A model generated the notes under the pieces. It had not been told where the DNA came from and made no database searches. It saw only the letters and a program-made list of their open reading frames with translations. DNA of 45,149 nt, from positions 1 through 45,149 of the IMG/VR virus record IMGVR_UViG_3300025160_000004. One strand, given 5' to 3'. The DNA is from a virus. Taxonomy: Duplodnaviria; Caudoviricetes. This document shows, one piece after another, positions 26,250 through 34,049 of the stretch. Positions within the stretch are counted from its first letter, which is position 1. The number at the start of each line of letters is the position of its first letter. The translations under genes were made by a program, and so were the position numbers.

Positions 26250-26701
26250 ACTCCAACCGCCCCCGTTACACTTAAGGCGCAGGCGCTAGGGCTAAGAGGC
26301 GTCTGGCTTTCGCAAAGCGCCGGGGCTGATATCCTCGGCGTTTTGTTTACCACATCGGCTGATCCGGGCCGGACTTGAACCGGCATTTGTTTCTGGCTTA
26401 TCGCTTCCTCAGCGTTTTGGTGCACCTCTGCGCTGATTCCCCTACCGGACCATAGAAAAGCAGGGGCCGGAGTCGCACCGGCTACCTCCGGGTTATGAGC
26501 CCGGCGCGCTACTGTTGCGCCACCCTGCGATAGTTTTTCGCTCCCGCTACCAGTCGCTCTCGCGACAACAACACATTCCGGTCCTGCCTTCACTTCCGCC
26601 GCGTACTCCGACAACAAGAGTTGCGGGCGCTCCATGCAATGCTGACGGAATACTTGTGACCACCATACTGCGCACTTCTGCATCGGGACGGGCGCGGTCA
26701 T
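26246..26701 (-). CDS. 151-codon bridging ORF reading in sense through the tRNA/ncRNA cluster
   Basis: ATGA overlap with both the upstream stop and the downstream start. Confidence 0.4.
   Translation of the reverse strand: MTAPVPMQKCAVWWSQVFRQHCMERPQLLLSEYAAEVKAGPECVVVARATGSGSEKLSQGGATVARRAHNPEVAGATPAPAFLWSGRGISAEVHQNAEEAISQKQMPVQVRPGSADVVNKTPRISAPALCESQTPLSPSACALSVTGAVGV
26360..26451 (-). ncRNA. tRNA-like RNA (acceptor stem and T-arm, non-canonical interior)
   Basis: GGTCCGG/CCGGATC-A; GCCGG-TTCAAGT-CCGGC; internal TCAGCG/CGCTGA stem. Confidence 0.6.
26458..26529 (-). tRNA. tRNA-Met(CAT), initiator-like and atypical
   Basis: CGCAGGG/CCCTGCT with a C1 mismatch; CCGGG-CTCATAA-CCCGG (three G-C pairs); T-loop TGCGACT. 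Confidence 0.85.
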
Positions 26702-26943
26702 TGTCCGCCACTCTCTGCAAAGCTGCGCGCAAGGCCGATGGCCTTCTCTTCCATGCGGTCCAGCGCCGCTAGAGCGAAGATGTCGCACCCGCACACCTCG
26801 CACGGGCCGCTACGCTCGGCGTTCCCACTGTGCCGCCCGATAACCTCAGCGCGATAGGGGACGGACATTTCAGCGAGACAACGCGGGCAAGCGGTGTGCA
26901 CGGTGGTGGTGAGTGTGGCGGTCATTGCATGTAGAGTGGTCAC
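26698..26943 (-). CDS. Zn-ribbon hypothetical protein
   Basis: CPRC...CEVC; GTGA-coupled. Confidence 0.6.
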   Translation of the reverse strand: MTTLHAMTATLTTTVHTACPRCLAEMSVPYRAEVIGRHSGNAERSGPCEVCGCDIFALAALDRMEEKAIGLARSFAESGGQ

Positions 26944-27134
26944 GATGCCGCCTTCGCGTTCTTCGCTTCGATCTCGGCGTTGCGCTTCTCGGTGCGCTTG
27001 TCCTGCACCCAATCGGCCAGCTCGTCGTAGTCGATGCCGTGGCTTTCATTCATGACGGCGAAGAACGCACCGTCCGGTAAATCGTCGTGCATGTCAACGT
27101 GATCGCGGATGTATTCCCAGCGGGATTGTTTCAT
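26940..27134 (-). CDS. hypothetical protein (64 aa)
   Basis: Coupled on both sides. Confidence 0.65.
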   Translation of the reverse strand: MKQSRWEYIRDHVDMHDDLPDGAFFAVMNESHGIDYDELADWVQDKRTEKRNAEIEAKNAKAAS

Positions 27135-27340
27135 GCTTCTCTCCGATCAATGCGCAGCACTGCGGGCGCGTCCAATTCTGCCAGTGAGCGCTGCGCTTCG
27201 TCCTCAGCTTCGAGCACGCGCGTCAGTCTGTTTATCTCAACTGCGTCAACGCGGTTAGCGCGGTCGCGTGCAACGATTGAAGCCCGGCGCTGCTGTATTG
27301 CGGACAGCATGGAAGCGCGGGAGGTGATGATGGGTGTCAT
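27131..27340 (-). CDS. hypothetical protein (69 aa)
   Basis: Coupled on both sides. Confidence 0.6.
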   Translation of the reverse strand: MTPIITSRASMLSAIQQRRASIVARDRANRVDAVEINRLTRVLEAEDEAQRSLAELDAPAVLRIDRREA

Positions 27341-27519
27341 CGCATCACCTGCACGACGATGACGAGAATCGCGGCCACAACGGCGAGCCAGAACACGGTG
27401 ACGGCCACTCCGGCGATTATGTCAGTACTGTGGTGGCGTTGCCGCGACGGGTGGCGAGTTTGCGCAACCCTTGATTTCACCGTAGCGGCTGGCGAGCGTG
27501 AAAGGATGTTCCGTCTCAT
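27337..27519 (-). CDS. small membrane protein
   Basis: C-terminal hydrophobic helix. Confidence 0.6.
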   Translation of the reverse strand: MRRNILSRSPAATVKSRVAQTRHPSRQRHHSTDIIAGVAVTVFWLAVVAAILVIVVQVMR

Positions 27520-27752
27520 GCTACCGCCTGCGCTTCAGTCTCGACGCGGGGAGGAAATACGACCTCTCCCGGCCTTCCAATGCGCGCTGTGATGATTTGC
27601 TCAATGCGCTCGTGGCGCTGGCGGCCATTCACCACGCGCGAAACGAGAGAGGCATCGACTTCAGCTATGGCGGCAATCTCTTTTGTGCCGCCATGCCCTA
27701 GCCGCTCCTTCCTCTCCCAGCGCGTCAGTGATACCTTAATCTTTCTAGTCAT
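27516..27752 (-). CDS. Cro-like HTH regulator
   Basis: TKEIAAIAEVDASLVSRVVNG HTH; GAGG RBS; first gene of the early operon. Confidence 0.75.
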   Translation of the reverse strand: MTRKIKVSLTRWERKERLGHGGTKEIAAIAEVDASLVSRVVNGRQRHERIEQIITARIGRPGEVVFPPRVETEAQAVA

Positions 27753-27843
27753 TTGTTGACCTCGTTTTCGACTGTGACAGTAAGCTAATTACTGTGACCG
27801 CATCTTGTCAATAGCTGACCGTCAACACTTACCGGGGCGGTAA
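27753..27843. promoter_or_regulatory. immunity switch region: leftward promoter and operators
   Basis: Minus-strand TTGACA(27806-11)-18 nt-TAGCTT; ACTGTGAC at 27771 and 27791; palindromes ACTGT-G-ACAGT and TGAC-C-GTCA. Confidence 0.7.
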
Positions 27844-28179
27844 ATGGCAGGCAGGGAAGAGTTCATGAGGTTGCTTGGGAAACGCCTCTTTGCGGCGCGT
27901 CACGCGCTGGAGGGGAGGCTAGAGAGGCCGGTGCAGCTTCAGGAAATCGCGGCCGACATCAGAAAACGGATGGGGAGCAAAAAGGCCCCAGCGGATTCTG
28001 TCGTGTCTCGCTGGCTTGCGGGCAAACAACTCCCGCGTGACATCTATGTATGGTACGCCATCAGTGGCGCACTGGGTGCGAGGCCGGGCGAATTGGTGTT
28101 CGGAGAGATGGGAGACGCAGGGAAAGGGGCTGTTGCCCGGAACCGCTTGGTCAATTACACAAACAAGGGGGAGCGATGA
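27844..28179 (+). CDS. CI-like Xre repressor without a peptidase domain
   Basis: Divergent from cro; QEIAA...DSVVSRWLAGKQLP...LGARPGELVFG. Confidence 0.75.
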   Translation: MAGREEFMRLLGKRLFAARHALEGRLERPVQLQEIAADIRKRMGSKKAPADSVVSRWLAGKQLPRDIYVWYAISGALGARPGELVFGEMGDAGKGAVARNRLVNYTNKGER

Positions 28180-28580
28180 GACGGACGTTGATTGCGGGGC
28201 TCGTAGTGGCTGCGATGGCGTGCGGCGACAAGGCACCTACCGAGCCGGAGCCCATACCAAATCCCACAATAGTGATTTCCGGAAACTCGGCCTGGGTCGC
28301 GTGCCTGCCATTCTCCGGGGACTGCAAGTTGGCTTTGTCAGTCACTAACGCAGGCCCGGGGTGTTCTTCCAGCACCAACGTTATTGCACGACTCTACAAC
28401 GCCAGTGGTGTGCAGGTAGGGCCGGACATTATCATGCTGCGCTTTGGCGTTGGTCCGATAGGTGGAATTCGCGTAGACCAGATCGTACCACTAGAGGCAG
28501 TTGATTATACGACCGCCGCCAGCATACAGGCTGCATCAACTTTCCAGATATTCCCATCATGGAACGCTGCGCTCTGCTAG
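28176..28580 (+). CDS. lipoprotein, superinfection-exclusion candidate
   Basis: MRRTLIAGLVVAAMA-C lipobox; ATGA-coupled to the repressor. Confidence 0.7.
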   Translation: MRRTLIAGLVVAAMACGDKAPTEPEPIPNPTIVISGNSAWVACLPFSGDCKLALSVTNAGPGCSSSTNVIARLYNASGVQVGPDIIMLRFGVGPIGGIRVDQIVPLEAVDYTTAASIQAASTFQIFPSWNAALC

Positions 28581-29206
28581 CCGCCGCTCAGATTCGCCAG
28601 CGCAACAATCAGCCCGGCACCACCGACGACGCCAAACAGGAAAGCCTCTGTTTTCGTCGGGGAGCGCTGCGTTTTTTGCCAACGCTTCTCCAAGTCTCGC
28701 GCCACATCCATCGCCCGATCCGTCTGCAACTTCCACCCATCACGATCCACGGCCATGATGCGCAGGTCGTTCGTGATGCGCGCCACGTCGAGAGAGTCCG
28801 TTTTGATGATCCCCCTGAGACTGGTGATTGTCGTGTCCTGAGACGCTACAGCGGCGTCCAGCTTGACCACTGTGGCGACAAGTATGGGCACGCTATCTTG
28901 CGCCGACTTCGCATCTTCGAGCGCACCACGCAATGAATCCGCCCCGGCGCGAGCCCTTGCCGTCGCGCGCTCGGATGCTGCCGCGCGGTTCGCCTGCTGC
29001 TGCGCCATGTGTCTGAGCGATTCGCCAATAGAATCCGATACCGCTTGCGCGCTGTCAACTGCTGCGCTTATTCGGGCGCGCAGTGCAACTGAGTCAATTA
29101 CCGCGATGGGAATGCCGGGCTTGGGGTCAGGCGCGCATTTCTCACCAATCCACAGAATGAGCAGGGCGCCGATGATGACATAGAGCAGGACGATCTGCGG
29201 CTTCAT
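28577..29206 (-). CDS. spanin-like protein
   Basis: Last gene of the lysis cassette; hydrophobic N- and C-termini with a long coiled coil between. Confidence 0.6.
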   Translation of the reverse strand: MKPQIVLLYVIIGALLILWIGEKCAPDPKPGIPIAVIDSVALRARISAAVDSAQAVSDSIGESLRHMAQQQANRAAASERATARARAGADSLRGALEDAKSAQDSVPILVATVVKLDAAVASQDTTITSLRGIIKTDSLDVARITNDLRIMAVDRDGWKLQTDRAMDVARDLEKRWQKTQRSPTKTEAFLFGVVGGAGLIVALANLSGG

Positions 29207-29592
29207 ACGAAATGACCGCGCGTCTCAGCCGGTATCGAGATGCGTTTATGCGTGCCAGCCGCTACGCTGTCTGCTTCTGCGTTTGCTTCGTCCTCATACA
29301 TATCGGCAACGTGCAGCCTGAGTAACCTCAAAAACTTCTTGCCGAAATACGAGAACAGGAACGACACCACCTTGAGAAAGCCCAGCCCCTTCGCGTGCTC
29401 GTACTGCAATACATGCACGCACTCATGGCAAAACGTGCGGAACTGGGCGTGCTCTTTCGGTCGCTCCTTGAATCCCCATTCCAGATAAACGCGGCGGCCC
29501 ACCGTGAACGACGTACTGAATAGCCGGAAGTTGTCGCGGGTGCGAACCATCAGCGGCTTGCCGTCGAAATGGACGATCAGATTTCGTATCAT
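29203..29592 (-). CDS. HEXXH zinc-peptidase-like protein
   Basis: FTVG, HECVHVLQY and E.EA motifs (DUF4157-like). Confidence 0.65.
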   Translation of the reverse strand: MIRNLIVHFDGKPLMVRTRDNFRLFSTSFTVGRRVYLEWGFKERPKEHAQFRTFCHECVHVLQYEHAKGLGFLKVVSFLFSYFGKKFLRLLRLHVADMYEDEANAEADSVAAGTHKRISIPAETRGHFV

Positions 29593-30059
29593 GTCAGCGC
29601 TTCCCACCAGTACACAAAGCGGTCCTCTGGCTTGAACTTCCACGGCTTGCGAGCTACCGCCCAACCCTCGCGCGGGTCTCCAATCTGCCCCGGAACGGTC
29701 GTGTTCCCGCTTACAGTGTCATTCCCCTGCAAACAGAACCCGGTGTGCGCGAAGCGCTTCAGGCCCGCGTTGTAGATCAGAAATATCGCCCCTGGAGCTG
29801 GGCCTACCTTGAGGGTTGCGTTTCCTTTGGCCCACTCCCCGAGCAAGTAACATGACGCCGTTTTCGGGACGGGCCATTGCGAGCCCAATGCCGCGAGCCC
29901 TACGTCGCACACGTAGCAGGCACACCAAGGCTGGGGAGGGGTGAGGCCGGTTTGCCTGATGATCCGATCCACATACGCGCCCCGGTTTGCGCCAACTTCC
30001 TGTGCGCCGACAGTCGCAGCAGCGCAGCGCAGTACGATTTCCTGCGGCGTGATGTTCAA
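29589..30059 (-). CDS. endolysin, CHAP-type
   Basis: GANRG, PWCACYV, PGAIF, HTG and SGNT motifs. Confidence 0.85.
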   Translation of the reverse strand: MNITPQEIVLRCAAATVGAQEVGANRGAYVDRIIRQTGLTPPQPWCACYVCDVGLAALGSQWPVPKTASCYLLGEWAKGNATLKVGPAPGAIFLIYNAGLKRFAHTGFCLQGNDTVSGNTTVPGQIGDPREGWAVARKPWKFKPEDRFVYWWEALT

Positions 30060-30439
30060 GGCGTCGGCTCGTATTCAAGGTCGGGGTCGCGCGCCGGAGA
30101 TGCGTCGGGTACAGCGACTGGCGCAACCGCGCCGGTCTTTTGCGTCGTCTGTTCGGAAATAACTGCGCCGCGCGCTGCCTCGGTGCGGGAGTGCGTGATG
30201 CTCACACTGGTACGTTCGAGGAACTTGATAAACGCCCACGGCCCGACGGCGGTAGCTGATAACAGAATCGCGGTACCCAAGTCGAACGGGTTCCCGATTG
30301 CATGAAAGCCGATGATGCAGACGATCACCATGATCGGCCAAACTTTTCCATACGCAAACTGCTTTGTGTCGGCATCTTTCAGGTCCATGAAGTTGCCAGC
30401 GCCGGTGCCGACGCTCTTTATCATCTCGCGTGGGCTCAT
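30056..30439 (-). CDS. putative holin
   Basis: Two hydrophobic helices; upstream of the endolysin. Confidence 0.55.
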   Translation of the reverse strand: MSPREMIKSVGTGAGNFMDLKDADTKQFAYGKVWPIMVIVCIIGFHAIGNPFDLGTAILLSATAVGPWAFIKFLERTSVSITHSRTEAARGAVISEQTTQKTGAVAPVAVPDASPARDPDLEYEPTP

Positions 30440-30918
30440 GGCCGTGGCGGCTCCCCCGGCTCGTGCTTCCAGCGGAGCGATGCCAGGTCCGAGTACTCAG
30501 CATTTGGCAGCAGCCATGTCTGATACATTGGCGCAAGGTTGTGGCGAATCTCCGCTATCTCCCACGTATTGCGGCGCTGATGCCCTTTCATTTCGTCAAC
30601 CTGCGCGCCCAGTCCGGCATCGCCTTCCAGACCCACGTAATACTTGATGTCGGTAAGTGCGGCCTGCATTCGGACGCTATTGGCGTTGAGCGCTACCAGC
30701 TGTTCCTCAACTCGCGCCAGCCCGGCCTTCGTTCCTCGAATAGCGCCCTTCATTGCGTTGTACGTAGCGCCAGCACCGAACAGCGAGCCCGCGCCTATCA
30801 GAGACACCGCGGTAGCGACCCACGAATTAGTACCGACAGCCTGAGCGACGATGATGGCGGCGCTCGGAACAACAACAATACCAAGTAGCACGGCAACCTC
30901 TGTTGCTGCGCGTTTCAT
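30436..30918 (-). CDS. membrane protein (holin/antiholin-like)
   Basis: Two N-terminal TM segments followed by a coiled coil. Confidence 0.5.
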   Translation of the reverse strand: MKRAATEVAVLLGIVVVPSAAIIVAQAVGTNSWVATAVSLIGAGSLFGAGATYNAMKGAIRGTKAGLARVEEQLVALNANSVRMQAALTDIKYYVGLEGDAGLGAQVDEMKGHQRRNTWEIAEIRHNLAPMYQTWLLPNAEYSDLASLRWKHEPGEPPRP

Positions 30919-33900
30919 CGCCCGCCGCCTGCCCTGCGCGCGTCGGCCTTGTACGTGCGCGAAAACTCGCCGCGCACCGTACTGACGCGAGACTCTATCA
31001 GGTCTTTTTTCTTCATGTCATCAGCGCTCTGGTATGTGGGGCTTTCAATCAGCCGCCGCAATACTTCATTAATGCGTGTGCCCTCGGCCTCTACGCGGTA
31101 CGAGTATGAGTGCGGTTCTTCGGCTGCGTCCTTCTTTGCGCGTTGCGTGATGATCGCGCCCACGCGCTGCACTTCGGCGCGCACCGGGTCCGATGTCTTG
31201 TCGTCGCGAGTGTTGAATGGGTCAATCGTAGAGCGAATTAGGTTCGCACCCGGTGTCGTTGCGCGTTTGATTGGCTTACCCAACTGATCGACTCTCGCGG
31301 GTAGCGTTCTCGATACAAACGGTATGCGCGCCTTCGCCGGTCCCAATGGATCGCCGCGAGTGTCGCGGATGGTTGGATCGGTCGCACGAGCGGCGGAGCC
31401 CAAGAGCGATGGCACAATTGAGCCAACCGCCTGCGGCAGTATGCGCTTTGCGCCGTCTGGCCGCGTGATGCCTTCCAGTATTTCCTGTGGCCCTTGCAGG
31501 AACGGCTGTTCGGCTATCGTCTTCCCGATGCCCAGTGCGGCACTCTGTGCGCCGTCGTGGTACAGGTGCGCGCCGAACGCCATCAGATTCCCCAGTGGCG
31601 AGAGTCCAGGGACGCGGAACCATTGGTTACCGACCTTCACAGCGTCCGCTTGCTCGCCTACCAGCGATTGCGTATCGCGCTCGCCCTGACTTGTCGGTGT
31701 GCCCGGCGTCATCAGCTTGCGGCGTGCAAGATCGTAACCCAGCAATACGGCCAATGAGCCCGTAGCTGTGCGGCCAGCCGATTCTGCGAACTGTTTCTGT
31801 AGTCCGTAGATGGCGCTCGCATCTTTCCCGCCGCGTGCAGCGCGGTAGAGCTTGAACAAATCTGCGCCCGTTTTGATTGCGCCCAGTGGCGAGTACGCGG
31901 CCACCTTTCCAGTGACAGCGCCCGGCGTCCGCGTGAATGGCATTACAAAGTCAGCAGCCGCACCGGCAACAGGTGACACCTTCCGTACCGCTTGCTTCGC
32001 ACCTGACGCCAGTGAGCCCAGCACATTCTCATTCTGGAACACTGCATGCTCGCCGTCAGAGATTGCACGTAGTACCATCTCGTTAGTCGGTGCCGTGGCT
32101 TTCGCGATGCGCATCTGCTCATCCAGGGACCGCATCATCGCCGCTTGCCTGAACGGACGGTCAGCAGCGCCCATGCCCCGAAAGACGAACTTCTGATATG
32201 CGTCCACAAACACGTTATCGAAGTTGACCTCGTGCCCTATCTCAACCTTGCGGAGTGCGTCGTCGAGCGGGATACCACGCATGACCTGGCCCGCTTCCTT
32301 TAGTCCCAGCTTGGCACCTTTGAGCGATGCTGCTGCTGCACTCGCGGGACTGAATGATTTTGTGTGTATCCCGGTAACGGCAGCCGCGAGGTTATCCATG
32401 ACCGTAGCCGGGATGTCCTTCGCGGTTTCCAGCACTTGCATCGTCAGATTGCCGAGCGTGTTTCTGACCTGTGTCGCGGGTCCGGTCAACAGTCCGGCCT
32501 TTCGGAGTGCGCCGAACTTTTCCAACGGCGTCGAGGTTCGCAGTGTGCCCATGTACTGAATGAGCCCGACGCGGTTACCGTCCTCGATGAATTGCCCGAT
32601 CTGTCGCATCTGATCCGTTGTCGGATCAAAGCCATCGCGCAACCGCTTCGCTTTCGCAAACCACACAGCCGGGTCCAGCGTTGCGTTAGCAAGAATCTTC
32701 ATCGCGTTCAAATCGCGGCCGGTTTGCGAACGGGCCGGTATGAACTGCGCGAGTAACGAATGGTTCTGCGCTTCCATAGCTGCGATGCTGCGCGTCAACT
32801 CTTCGCGCGACTCCGACGACAGCGGGGAAGTCTCCATCGTTTTGTACGCCCGGCCCAGTTGCGTTGTGTTCTCAGCTATCACATTACGGATAGCCAGCAT
32901 TTCAGCACCGCCCAATCTGTTCGATGCTTGCCCCTGCTGTAGATCGTCGATGCCAATGCTGCGTGCGATGGCTCTGGTTTCATTCCACGTTACCGGCGTT
33001 TTCGGTGCCATGCCGTGCTGCTGGACGACCGTTTGCACCTGTTGGCGTAGTCTTTGCTCGCCGGTAGGGTCCAGCGCGAACTTGCCAAGGTTGACGAACT
33101 CTGACGGGTCAATCTCTGACACTGGAACTTTGAGTGCTTCCGGTTTCATGGGCTGCGGCGTGATTAGTCGCATATCGGGACGGCGCGATGATATCATGCG
33201 CTTCACTGCTGCGCCACCTGCGAACGTGATGCCCATCGCCGTAGCTGCTCCCATGATAGCGCCGCGCTTTCTGTCCTCTTTGTCTGCTGCTGCGCCTACT
33301 GCGGCGCCTGTTGGTGCAGCAGCGAGTTGCGAGAGGATTAGCGGGTTGACGACGCCTGAACGATTACCGCCGCCGGGGGCCAGCCTGCGTTCAACTGGAA
33401 TCGGTGCAGTTTTCGGCGCTGGCACTTCAATCGCAGGCGCAGGACTCGGCATCGCATCGGCACGTTTCGGCGGCGCCTTCTTGCCCGGCAGTCCACCAAT
33501 CGCGCCAATACCCGCGCCAACCACCGCACCCACGAACGGGTTATCAGGCGAGTACGCCGCACCTCCAGCCGCGCCAGACACAGCAGAGCCAGCAACACGA
33601 GCGGCCAGCGGTTTCGCGCCGAGCTTCAATGCAGTACCGCCAACACCGCGAGCCATCGGCCCAGCGGCCACATTCGCTACGGTCTGTGCGCCACCTTCCA
33701 GCATTTCGCGTCGTGTGACTGCGCCCTGCTCATCCGCGCTCACGGTGTCCGTTTCCCGTGGAACAAATCCCATCGCTTCCGCGCCGCCGTAATTGGACAG
33801 CGTGCCCGTTGCACCGACGCCGCGACGGGAGCCCACGACCGGAGCAAATAGCGCCTTGCGTGCGGACTCTATCGGAGCCGTCACCATCTGCTTTGCGAAC

Positions 33901-34049
33901 TCGCCAACGGTCGAGTATAGAGACGGCTTCCTTTCTTCCGGCTCTGGCTCTGCCGCAAACGGATTATCAGCCGAATACTTGCGGCGCTTCGGTTGCGACG
34001 GTTGCGCGAAAGGGTTGTCAGCGCTGTACGCTCTGACGCTCGTGCCCAC
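30915..34049 (-). CDS. large internal virion / DNA ejection protein
   Basis: 1044 aa, A/G-rich; duplicated YSADNPFA; last of the ejection-gene series. Confidence 0.65.
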   Translation of the reverse strand: MGTSVRAYSADNPFAQPSQPKRRKYSADNPFAAEPEPEERKPSLYSTVGEFAKQMVTAPIESARKALFAPVVGSRRGVGATGTLSNYGGAEAMGFVPRETDTVSADEQGAVTRREMLEGGAQTVANVAAGPMARGVGGTALKLGAKPLAARVAGSAVSGAAGGAAYSPDNPFVGAVVGAGIGAIGGLPGKKAPPKRADAMPSPAPAIEVPAPKTAPIPVERRLAPGGGNRSGVVNPLILSQLAAAPTGAAVGAAADKEDRKRGAIMGAATAMGITFAGGAAVKRMISSRRPDMRLITPQPMKPEALKVPVSEIDPSEFVNLGKFALDPTGEQRLRQQVQTVVQQHGMAPKTPVTWNETRAIARSIGIDDLQQGQASNRLGGAEMLAIRNVIAENTTQLGRAYKTMETSPLSSESREELTRSIAAMEAQNHSLLAQFIPARSQTGRDLNAMKILANATLDPAVWFAKAKRLRDGFDPTTDQMRQIGQFIEDGNRVGLIQYMGTLRTSTPLEKFGALRKAGLLTGPATQVRNTLGNLTMQVLETAKDIPATVMDNLAAAVTGIHTKSFSPASAAAASLKGAKLGLKEAGQVMRGIPLDDALRKVEIGHEVNFDNVFVDAYQKFVFRGMGAADRPFRQAAMMRSLDEQMRIAKATAPTNEMVLRAISDGEHAVFQNENVLGSLASGAKQAVRKVSPVAGAAADFVMPFTRTPGAVTGKVAAYSPLGAIKTGADLFKLYRAARGGKDASAIYGLQKQFAESAGRTATGSLAVLLGYDLARRKLMTPGTPTSQGERDTQSLVGEQADAVKVGNQWFRVPGLSPLGNLMAFGAHLYHDGAQSAALGIGKTIAEQPFLQGPQEILEGITRPDGAKRILPQAVGSIVPSLLGSAARATDPTIRDTRGDPLGPAKARIPFVSRTLPARVDQLGKPIKRATTPGANLIRSTIDPFNTRDDKTSDPVRAEVQRVGAIITQRAKKDAAEEPHSYSYRVEAEGTRINEVLRRLIESPTYQSADDMKKKDLIESRVSTVRGEFSRTYKADARRAGGGR

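Noticed and set aside
32740-33792. Long plus-strand ORFs (also 8882-9835, 12321-13157 and 41192-42103)
   Set aside because: They are antisense shadows of GC-rich minus-strand genes, with no RBS or operon context.
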